64,000 bases of DNA, from positions 68,674-132,673 of the forward strand of contig CAZAEH010000001.1 of assembly GCA_964484255.1 (NCBI GenBank), written 5' to 3'. Shown piece after piece: positions 56,354-64,000 of this stretch (the stretch's first letter is position 1; the number at the start of each line of letters is the position of its first letter). The DNA comes from an uncultured Planctomycetia bacterium (GTDB lineage: Bacteria > Omnitrophota > Gorgyraeia > Pluralincolimonadales > Pluralincolimonadaceae). The notes under the pieces were generated by a model, which made no database searches, had not been told where the DNA came from, and saw only the letters and a list, made by a program, of their open reading frames with translations. Both the position numbers and the translations under genes were made by a program.

Positions 56354-58723
56354 TTAAAAAGCCCTGCTCAGACTGAAATGGAACCGGCCCTTCTTCTTTT
56401 CCCCCGGGTCAGTCTTGAGCGGAAAACCGTAATCCAGCTTGACCGGACCGACGGGTGTCTTGACCCTTACGCCGGCGCCCGTCGAATATTTGTAACCCCC
56501 CTGCCCGAAATCGCCTTCTTTTTCCCAGACATTACCGGCATCAAAAAATACGGCGCCTTTCAAAAACTCAATTACCGGGAATGTATATTCCGCGCTCGCC
56601 ACTATCATGGCCTCGCCGCCCAACGGATCATTGGTAGCGGGGTCTTTAGGACCAAGCCCTCTTTCCTTGTAACCGCGGACCGAATCTGCGCCGCCGGCAA
56701 AGAACCTTTCATATATCGGGACACCGTCAGAATCCCCGAAAGCGCCTACCGCACCCAACCGCGTGCTGAGTTCCAAGACTTGCTTATTTATCGGAGAAAA
56801 ATAGACGGAAGCCGATCCGTACCATTTCAGGAAATCTTTATCGCCCTGCAGCGGACCGCCTGCTCCTTCCACAGAACCGTAGAGCAGGTAACCCTTGGTC
56901 GGGCTGAAATTAGAATCCCTTGTATCCCTGGTAAGGCCCAGGAGAAGGCTCGAGATATTATTAGTCCCCGCCTCTTTCTTAAGGTCATTGGTGGCACCAT
57001 CGTCGACGTTGGATATCCTTACCTCTTCCAGCCTGTAAGTAAGGTCGGCCCTATCGAAATCATCGAACTCTTTGCCGAACCTTAGGTCCGCGCCTCTCCT
57101 GCGCTCATCGTAACCGTAACCCGTGCTGCTCGATGACAACCTCGTGTTCTGGTATATGTCAAAACCGAACAGGTAGGGGTAATCGAATATCCATGGATCG
57201 GTCCAGCTTAACTGGTAGTCCCTCCTGGATGTACCGACCTCGGCCCTTAACACAAGCTGTTGCCCGCCGCCCGTAAAGGTAGGCCAATTCATAATGTCAA
57301 AATTGCGCTGGGTAACTTGGACGAAACCAACGAGTTTATCCACCGTCGAGAAGCCGCCGCCGAAAGAGAATTCGCCGGTCTTCGTCTCCTTGACATCGAC
57401 AAGCAGGTTGGCCTTGTTAGGCTCCGGGGTCTTCTCGGTATCAAAGGTTATATCCTCGAAATAGCCCAGATTATAAAGACGCTCCTTGGAACGCTGCAAT
57501 TTTTCTCCGCTGAAAGGCTGTCCCGGGCGAAGCCTCAGTTCCCTCCTTATTACCTTGTCCTTAGTGCGGACGTTGCCGCGGATATCTATCCTGCCGACAA
57601 AGGTCAGCTCGTTCTCGGTTATCGAATATTTAACATCTATATTGCCGCTGGCAGGGTCGATCGCCGTATCCGTCTTGACCACCGCATATATATAACCCTT
57701 GTCGAAATAAAGGCCTTGTATGGCATCGGCATCTTCCCTTAGGCCGTTCCTGCTGAAAGCCTTGCCGACGGTCATTTTAAGAGCTTTGCGGATATCTTTT
57801 TCCGATATAACGGCATTGCCGGATATGCCTATGGAATTGACCAGGTATTGCTTGCCTTCATCTATCTTTATATTTATAAAAAGGAACTTGCCCTCATCGT
57901 CATACTTTAATTCCGGTTCCATCTTGGCATCAAGATAACCGTTATCACCGTAGAAAGCCCTTAATTTATCCAGGTCGGAATCGAAAGCGTCCTCGTTGAA
58001 AATACCTGACCTGAAGAACCACCAGGCAGTCTTTGTGGACATGAGCCTTAACAATACATCCGACTTGAAAGCTTTGTTCCCTTCGAAAGTTATCTTGCGT
58101 ATCTTGACCCTCTTGCCTTCCTCTATCATGATGGTAACCACGGCCCTGTTGGTCGTCGGATCAAGCCTGATAGCGTAATCTATCTTTGAATGCGTATATC
58201 CCTTCCTGTAATACATCTCCCTGATGGCCCTTATCCCTTCTTTGAGCTGCCTCTCGTCAAGGATCTCATCGGGTTTTATCTTGAGCTCTTTCTTAAGCCT
58301 TTCATCACGAAAGGCCTTGTTGCCCGCAAAGACTATCTGGCCTATAGGGGGTTTTTCCGTAACGATAAAAACCACTTCTATGCCATCGGCAAATTCCTTT
58401 ACTTCCGCTTTCACGTCCGAGAAATATCCGAGGCCGTATATGCGTTTTATGTCCTCGTCAACCGTGGTCTTCTTGTAGGCCTCCTGAGGCTTTGTCTTGA
58501 CCTTGGAAAGGACCAGGGATGATGATACGGTCTTGTTCCCGACTATAAGTACACTTTTGACGCTCTTTTCCACAGGTACAGACGCAGTGGAAGGCGCGGG
58601 TTGGTCCGCGGCGGCCGGTTCAACGGCAACCTCTGGCGCGGCAGGGGTCTCCTCCGAGAAAACGGGTCCTATAACCCCAAGGGTAAGCAGAATGGCCAGG
58701 AATATTCTAGGGAAGATCTTCAT
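56354..58723 (-). CDS. bamA: Outer membrane protein assembly factor BamA
   Basis: 789 aa with POTRA repeats and a C-terminal beta-barrel. Confidence 0.9.
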   Translation of the reverse strand: MKIFPRIFLAILLTLGVIGPVFSEETPAAPEVAVEPAAADQPAPSTASVPVEKSVKSVLIVGNKTVSSSLVLSKVKTKPQEAYKKTTVDEDIKRIYGLGYFSDVKAEVKEFADGIEVVFIVTEKPPIGQIVFAGNKAFRDERLKKELKIKPDEILDERQLKEGIRAIREMYYRKGYTHSKIDYAIRLDPTTNRAVVTIMIEEGKRVKIRKITFEGNKAFKSDVLLRLMSTKTAWWFFRSGIFNEDAFDSDLDKLRAFYGDNGYLDAKMEPELKYDDEGKFLFINIKIDEGKQYLVNSIGISGNAVISEKDIRKALKMTVGKAFSRNGLREDADAIQGLYFDKGYIYAVVKTDTAIDPASGNIDVKYSITENELTFVGRIDIRGNVRTKDKVIRRELRLRPGQPFSGEKLQRSKERLYNLGYFEDITFDTEKTPEPNKANLLVDVKETKTGEFSFGGGFSTVDKLVGFVQVTQRNFDIMNWPTFTGGGQQLVLRAEVGTSRRDYQLSWTDPWIFDYPYLFGFDIYQNTRLSSSSTGYGYDERRRGADLRFGKEFDDFDRADLTYRLEEVRISNVDDGATNDLKKEAGTNNISSLLLGLTRDTRDSNFSPTKGYLLYGSVEGAGGPLQGDKDFLKWYGSASVYFSPINKQVLELSTRLGAVGAFGDSDGVPIYERFFAGGADSVRGYKERGLGPKDPATNDPLGGEAMIVASAEYTFPVIEFLKGAVFFDAGNVWEKEGDFGQGGYKYSTGAGVRVKTPVGPVKLDYGFPLKTDPGEKKKGRFHFSLSRAF

Positions 58724-58788
58724 AAAATCCTCATTTAAAGAATTAATTTAACATACGCATAACATAAAGTAAAGCAAATTGTAACGAC

Positions 58789-60153
58789 CTAATAACCTTC
58801 CTGTCTCACGGAAAGATTTTCGAATCTCGTCGATTCTTTGATGAACGCCAGTTTTATGGGCCCCGTCGGACCGTTACGTTGTTTCGCGACCATCAGCTCT
58901 GCGACACCCCTGTTCTCTTCCGTAGGAGTATAGAACTCTTCCCTGAACAAAAGCAGCACAAGGTCGGCATCCTGCTCGATGGCGCCCGATTCCCTAAGGT
59001 CCGCAAGCTGCGGCCTTTTATCGTCCCTTCCCTCCGGCTTTCTTGAAAGCTGGCTTACCGCTATAAGAGGCACATTTATCTCTTTTGCCAGGGCCTTAAG
59101 GGACCTCGATATGTCCGCTATCTCCTGCTGCCTGCCTTCGGAACGCATCGAAGGGCTCTCCATCAGCTGGAGGTAATCTACTATGATAAGCTTAAGGTCG
59201 TGTTGAGACTTCAGCCTCCTGGCTTTCCCCCTCAACTCAAGGGCGGAAAGCGCCGAGGTATCGTCTATGAATATAGGCGCCTCTGAGAATTTTCCCGCAG
59301 CATTGACAAGGTGTGGCCAGTCGGATTGCGAAAGAAAACCCGTCCTTACACGGCTGGCGTCCACCCTTGCGTGGGAACAAAGCATCCTCTGCGCCAACGA
59401 TTCCTTTGACATTTCAAGGCTGAATATAGCCACGGGCTGCTTAAGGACTATACCTGCGTGCTCGGCTATGCAGCAAGCAAGGGCACTCTTGCCCATCGAA
59501 GGTCTGCCTGCCACGACTATAAGCTCTCCCTCGTGCAAACCGGATGTCATTTTATCGAAATCATCGAACCCTGTCGCCAGGCCCGTTATATTGGTCTTCC
59601 TCTGGTAAAGGGAATCTATCGTCTCTATAGAATCTTTTATTATCTCTTTAAGCGAAACGAAACCTCCTTCTATCTTCTTGGAGGATATTTCGAATATAAG
59701 CCTCTCCGCCTTGTCTAGAAGCTCCCTGGCATCATCCTGCCCGTCATACGCTTCCGATAATATGGTAGTAGCGGTAGCTATTAGGCTCCTCAGCATGCTC
59801 TTGTCCTTGACTATCTTGGCATAGTGCCGGACATTTGCTGCGGTAGGGACGAACGTGCTGAGCGAGGTCAGGTAATTTATGCCGCCTACATTTTCCAACT
59901 CGCCTTTTTTCCTGAGTTCTTCCGCGAGAGTAACAAGGTCCACGGCCTTGCTATTGCTGTAAAGGCCGACCATGGCCCTGAATATAAGACGGTGGGCCTG
60001 TTTGTAGAAGGCGTCCTCCGAAAGTATCTCGAAAGCATGGGATATAGCTTCTTCCTCTATAAGCATAGAGCAAAGGACCGCCATTTCCGCGTCTAGGTTC
60101 TGCGGAGGGAGTTTCTCTAAGGCGATATCCTTGCCTTCCTTGCCCTGGGCCAT
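58789..60153 (-). CDS. dnaB: Replicative DNA helicase
   Basis: Walker A GRPSMGKS and DnaB-family motifs. Confidence 0.95.
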   Translation of the reverse strand: MAQGKEGKDIALEKLPPQNLDAEMAVLCSMLIEEEAISHAFEILSEDAFYKQAHRLIFRAMVGLYSNSKAVDLVTLAEELRKKGELENVGGINYLTSLSTFVPTAANVRHYAKIVKDKSMLRSLIATATTILSEAYDGQDDARELLDKAERLIFEISSKKIEGGFVSLKEIIKDSIETIDSLYQRKTNITGLATGFDDFDKMTSGLHEGELIVVAGRPSMGKSALACCIAEHAGIVLKQPVAIFSLEMSKESLAQRMLCSHARVDASRVRTGFLSQSDWPHLVNAAGKFSEAPIFIDDTSALSALELRGKARRLKSQHDLKLIIVDYLQLMESPSMRSEGRQQEIADISRSLKALAKEINVPLIAVSQLSRKPEGRDDKRPQLADLRESGAIEQDADLVLLLFREEFYTPTEENRGVAELMVAKQRNGPTGPIKLAFIKESTRFENLSVRQEGY

Positions 60154-60154
60154 C

Positions 60155-60604
60155 TTATTTTTTGACCACCCAAAGTTTGAGAGAAGCGTTTATATCAGGA
60201 TGCAGCTTGACAGGCACCTGGAATATGCCTATCTGGGTTATATGCTCCTTCAGGTCTATCTTCTTCTTGTCCACGGATATACCTTCGGCTTCCATCGCCT
60301 TGTGTATATCCGCGCTTGTAACGGAACCGAAAAGCTTGTCGTCCTTGCCCGCTTCCATCGCAATGGTTATCGATGCCTTCGATATGGCATCCGCAAGCTT
60401 CAAGGCTTCCTGCCTTTCCTTCTCAAGCGCTTCCTGCCGCAATTTCTTATTGGCTTCCGCTACCTTTATGTTCTGTTCGGTCGCCGGAAGCGCCAAACTG
60501 CGGGGAAACAGGTAGTTCCTTATGTAACCGTCGCTGGCCGATACAACATCCCCGGATTTCCCGAGGCCGGCGACATCTTTCAACAATATGACCTTTGCGG
60601 ACAT
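60155..60604 (-). CDS. rplI: 50S ribosomal protein L9
   Basis: Conserved sequence. Confidence 0.9.
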   Translation of the reverse strand: MSAKVILLKDVAGLGKSGDVVSASDGYIRNYLFPRSLALPATEQNIKVAEANKKLRQEALEKERQEALKLADAISKASITIAMEAGKDDKLFGSVTSADIHKAMEAEGISVDKKKIDLKEHITQIGIFQVPVKLHPDINASLKLWVVKK

Positions 60605-60636
60605 CGTATAAACCCCTTATATTTTTGTGTATCCTG

Positions 60637-60867
60637 TTAAACGGATGTGTAAGGAATAAACGCAGCCAGCCGGGCCTTTTTTATTGCCTTTGCCAGCATG
60701 CGCTGGTGCTTTGCGCAATTCCCGGATATCCTTGACGGTATTATCTTGCCGCGCTCGGTTATGAACTTGGCCAGTTTTACCGTATCCTTATAGTCGATCG
60801 CGTTTATCTTCTCGCTGCAAAACTTGCATACCTTTTTCCTGAAAACCCTCTTCTCTCTTCTTTCCAT
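60637..60867 (-). CDS. rpsR: 30S ribosomal protein S18
   Basis: Conserved sequence. Confidence 0.9.
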   Translation of the reverse strand: MERREKRVFRKKVCKFCSEKINAIDYKDTVKLAKFITERGKIIPSRISGNCAKHQRMLAKAIKKARLAAFIPYTSV

Positions 60868-60909
60868 TTCGCTCCTGTCTTCTCCTGTTTGGATTTTATC
60901 TCTATTCGA

Positions 60910-61326
60910 TTAAAACGGTACGCCCTCGTCCTGAGGACCGCCCTGGTGAACATCGGGCGTCTCCGCGTCCGGGGCCGGCAGGTCCTGTTTACTGCCCTTG
61001 GTCTTTCCGAGGAATTGCACCCTTTCGGCTATTACCTCGACCGTAGAGCGCTTTTCGCCCTGGGGCGTCTCCCAGCTCCTGCTCTGTATCCTGCCTTCAA
61101 CGAAGACCGGGCTGCCCTTAGAAAGGTACTCGCCGCAGGTCTCGGCCATCTTTGCCCAGACAACAACCCTTATGTATGACACTTCTTCCTTCTTCTCTCC
61201 CTGCTGCGTATAGACCCTGTTCACTGCTATCGTGAACGTAGTAACAGCGCTGCCACTCGGTATATAACGCAACTCCGGGTCACGGGTAAGGTTACCTATG
61301 AGAAAAACCTTGTTCAGGCTTGCCAT
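60910..61326 (-). CDS. ssb: Single-stranded DNA-binding protein
   Basis: OB-fold N-terminus and acidic C-terminal tail ending DVP(F). Confidence 0.9.
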   Translation of the reverse strand: MASLNKVFLIGNLTRDPELRYIPSGSAVTTFTIAVNRVYTQQGEKKEEVSYIRVVVWAKMAETCGEYLSKGSPVFVEGRIQSRSWETPQGEKRSTVEVIAERVQFLGKTKGSKQDLPAPDAETPDVHQGGPQDEGVPF

Positions 61327-61337
61327 AACGAATTCTC

Positions 61338-61634
61338 CTATGCTGCTTCGTTAATGAATACCACTGTCCTTAATATAGACTCGTTTATTTTATAGGTCTT
61401 TTCCATGGAAGCTATTGCTGAAGCCTCCGCGGTGAAATATACCAGAAGGTACCGGCCTTTCTTCTCTTTCTTTATAGTGTAAGCCAGATCGCGGGTCCCA
61501 AGGTCTTCTTTCGCGTCAACCTTTCCCCCGTTCTTGGCTATGACATCTAATATAGAAGTTGTAAGCTTGCCGTTCTCCTCATCGGTAAGGTTCGGTTTAA
61601 GTATGAACAGACCTTCGTATTTCTTCATCTTCAT
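61338..61634 (-). CDS. rpsF: 30S ribosomal protein S6
   Basis: Conserved sequence. Confidence 0.9.
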   Translation of the reverse strand: MKMKKYEGLFILKPNLTDEENGKLTTSILDVIAKNGGKVDAKEDLGTRDLAYTIKKEKKGRYLLVYFTAEASAIASMEKTYKINESILRTVVFINEAA

Positions 61635-62221
61635 TCCTTTCTATTCTTTGCGTTGAACAGATTTGCAGCGCTTTCGGCGCCGTTCCTGATCCATGTTTCG
61701 CAGCATTCCGCTGCGGTCTCTACTATGCACTCAAGCTCTTCGGCCTCTTTCCTTGAGAAAACCGAGAGGACATATCCGCTCAACTGCGGACCTTCCACTT
61801 CCCTGCCGGCATCTTTCCTGCCTATGCCGACACGCAGCCTAACGAAATCCGTGCTCCCCAGGGATTCTATAATAGAAGCCAGGCCGTTATGTCCGCCGGC
61901 TGATCCTGTCCGGCGCAACCTTATCACGCCGAGGGACAGGTTCACATCGTCGCATACCACAAGTATCTCTCCCGGCATTACTTTATTTCTGGCGGAGAAA
62001 GCCTTGACGGCTTGCCCCGACCTGTTCATATATGTCTGCGGCAGGATGATCGCCACGTCTTCTCCCGCTACCCTGCCTTTACCTGCTATCGAATCGTATG
62101 CCTTGGTCCGTAACCTTATCCCGTGCTTCGCGGCCAATGCCTCAGCGACCATGAATCCTACATTATGCCGCGTTGCCTCGTACTTGCCTCCGGGATTGCC
62201 CAAGCCTACGATCAATTTCAT
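61631..62221 (-). CDS. pth: Peptidyl-tRNA hydrolase
   Basis: MKLIVGLGNPG...HNVGF motifs. Confidence 0.95.
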   Translation of the reverse strand: MKLIVGLGNPGGKYEATRHNVGFMVAEALAAKHGIRLRTKAYDSIAGKGRVAGEDVAIILPQTYMNRSGQAVKAFSARNKVMPGEILVVCDDVNLSLGVIRLRRTGSAGGHNGLASIIESLGSTDFVRLRVGIGRKDAGREVEGPQLSGYVLSVFSRKEAEELECIVETAAECCETWIRNGAESAANLFNAKNRKE

Positions 62222-62230
62222 AGGACCGTA

Positions 62231-62932
62231 TTATTCCTTCTTCTCCTTAGCCTTGGCCTTGGCTTCTTCCTCGGCAGCTATCTCCTCGGGTTTCTTCTGC
62301 TTTAATACTTCGGGTTCGGAAGGCGCGGTTTCGGCTTCAGCAGCAACCTCCTCAGGCTTGATCTCCACCGGCTTCTCGACCGCAAATATCCTCACCTCAG
62401 GATCGTTGAGTATCTTTACGCCATTAGGAGATACTATGTCCCTGACGAATAAAGCATCACCTATCTTTAAGCCGCTTACATCAACCTCGAGTTTTTCAGG
62501 TATAGCGGTAGGCAAGCACTCGACCTGTATCTCCCAGAGGAGATGTTCCAAAACGCCTCCATCCTGCTTGACACCGATAGACTCACCCTTAGGAGCAAGA
62601 GGAACGTCGACCTTTATCTCTTCCGTAAGTGATATCTCGTTGAAGTCGATATGGAGCATGTTCCCGCTCAAGGGATCATGCTGTATCTCCTTGATTATAC
62701 ATGTCTTGGATTTCGCCTTGTCATCCCCTTCTATCTTAAGGTTGATAAGGGCATTTTCTCCGGCGGATGTATGGAGAGCTAATTCCATAGCTTTCCTGTT
62801 AAGGTAGATCGGCATGGCATTTTCGCCTTTGCGATAGACGATAGCCGGTATTATGCCTTTTTCGCGTTCATGTTTTACCGCAGATTTTCCCAGCTCTTTC
62901 CTGACCCTGGCTTCCAGTTTTACCTGTTCCAT
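62231..62932 (-). CDS. rplY: 50S ribosomal protein L25 / general stress protein Ctc
   Basis: L25 N-terminal domain and charged C-terminal tail. Confidence 0.85.
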   Translation of the reverse strand: MEQVKLEARVRKELGKSAVKHEREKGIIPAIVYRKGENAMPIYLNRKAMELALHTSAGENALINLKIEGDDKAKSKTCIIKEIQHDPLSGNMLHIDFNEISLTEEIKVDVPLAPKGESIGVKQDGGVLEHLLWEIQVECLPTAIPEKLEVDVSGLKIGDALFVRDIVSPNGVKILNDPEVRIFAVEKPVEIKPEEVAAEAETAPSEPEVLKQKKPEEIAAEEEAKAKAKEKKE

Positions 62933-62982
62933 TTCTTCTTTTTCCTTTCTGAATGAGCTCCCTTACGGAGCATATCATTAAT

Positions 62983-63939
62983 TTACTGGTACACCTTATC
63001 GAACAATATGCTTATCGATTGTTCGTTGTGTATCCTTGTTATCGCCTGCCCGAGAAGAGGTCCGACCGACAAGACCTTTATCTGCGGTATCATCTTCTCT
63101 TTGGGTATAGGTATGGTATCGGTCACTATAAGCTCTTCAAGCTCGGAATTCCGTATCCTTTCTATGGCAGGCCCTGACAATACAGGGTGGGTAGCTGCCG
63201 CGAAGACCTTCCTGGCACCGGCTTTCTTAAGCGCCGCAACCGCTTCTACTAGCGTACCTGCGGTGGCAACCAGATCATCGATAAGGCAAACATTCTTGCC
63301 TCTTACTTCACCCATTATATTCATCACTTCCGCCTGCTTGTCGCTTATTCGCCTCTTGTCGACAACGGCAAGCCCGGTCTTAAATTTCTTGGCATATGCC
63401 CGGGCCATCTTTATTCCGCCGACATCGGGCGAGACTACCACAAGGTTAGGCAGGTGCTTCTTCTCAAAATACTTCATGAACGTGTTAACGGCAAAAAGGT
63501 TATCCAGGGGGATATCAAAGAACCCCTGTATCTGCCCGGCATGCAGATCCATCGTCAGGACCCTGCTGGCACCGGCAACCGTTATAAGGTTGGCAACAAG
63601 CTTTGCCGTTATAGGTACCCTGGGACGGTCTTTCCTGTCCTGCCTGCTGTATCCGTAATACGGCATTACCGCGGTTATGCGGCGCGCCGAAGAACGCTTT
63701 ATCGCATCTATCATGATCAAGAGCTCCATCAGGTTGTCGTTACCCGGGGAACAGGTAGGCTGGACGATAAACACATCCTTGCCCCTGACGTCCTCTTCGA
63801 TCTTTATCCTTATCTCACCGTCGTTGAACCTGTCAACAGAAGCATTACCCAAGGGGACCTTCAGGTAGTTGCAAATCTTCTTCGCGAGAGCACGATTGGC
63901 ATTTCCCGAAAATACGAGCAGGTTCCCGTTTATTTTCAT
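62983..63939 (-). CDS. prs: Ribose-phosphate pyrophosphokinase
   Basis: PRPP synthetase motifs. Confidence 0.95.
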   Translation of the reverse strand: MKINGNLLVFSGNANRALAKKICNYLKVPLGNASVDRFNDGEIRIKIEEDVRGKDVFIVQPTCSPGNDNLMELLIMIDAIKRSSARRITAVMPYYGYSRQDRKDRPRVPITAKLVANLITVAGASRVLTMDLHAGQIQGFFDIPLDNLFAVNTFMKYFEKKHLPNLVVVSPDVGGIKMARAYAKKFKTGLAVVDKRRISDKQAEVMNIMGEVRGKNVCLIDDLVATAGTLVEAVAALKKAGARKVFAAATHPVLSGPAIERIRNSELEELIVTDTIPIPKEKMIPQIKVLSVGPLLGQAITRIHNEQSISILFDKVYQ

Positions 63940-64000
63940 CTTTTACCCTTTTTGTTTTTTGATGCTTCCAATATCCTTGCCGGTATGCCTACGGCGGTCC

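Noticed and set aside
1-64000. Search for tRNA, rRNA and CRISPR arrays
   Set aside because: No GGTTCGAATCC-type T-arm with a cloverleaf context, no rRNA-like conserved stretches, and no regularly spaced direct repeats were seen in the few non-coding gaps. A tRNAscan or CRISPR-finder run would be needed for certainty.

Overview
Bacterial chromosomal window with a moderate GC content (about half by eye) and almost all genes on the minus strand. In minus-strand transcription order (from high to low plus-strand coordinates) it holds:

- a conserved housekeeping block: prs, rplY, pth, rpsF, ssb, rpsR, rplI, dnaB;
- an outer-membrane and lipid A block: bamA, skp, lpxD, a fused lpxC-fabZ gene, lpxA, lpxI;
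- an orphan OmpR-family response regulator;
- a nitrogen-assimilation island: porin-like gene, amt, glnK, small HTH gene, second amt-glnK pair, GS, a plus-strand membrane protein, nadE, glnA, GAF-ANTAR regulator;
- a glycan-utilisation locus: GH35, a DUF3131-like (alpha/alpha)6 protein, a ROK regulator, a sugar-binding protein, a GH94 phosphorylase, GH16 with a discoidin domain, galT, two GH-A-type hydrolases, and seven copies of a CBM-like beta-sandwich domain, including a tandem triplet of small secreted paralogs at the window start;
- a MoeB/ThiF plus JAMM pair;
- an Rrf2 / ABC-ATPase / G3E-GTPase / Fe-S module;
- a TetR-controlled HlyD-ABC-TolC efflux operon;
- queH, an NifU-like gene and a D-2-hydroxyacid dehydrogenase.

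The most unusual region is an AT-rich ~1.5 kb stretch (11.16-12.70 kb) following the TolC operon. It carries three unrelated small membrane-protein genes plus a frameshifted pentapeptide-repeat gene. Each small gene is punctuated by a conserved ~60-80 bp imperfect palindrome whose ends resemble integron attC inverse-core and core sites (RYYYAAC ... GTTRRRY) and which overlaps the stop codon of the preceding gene. This looks like an integrase-less cassette array (CALIN-like).

Also notable is a GATTTAAC direct repeat with 22 bp spacing upstream of two nitrogen operons. No rRNA, tRNA or CRISPR array was recognised.
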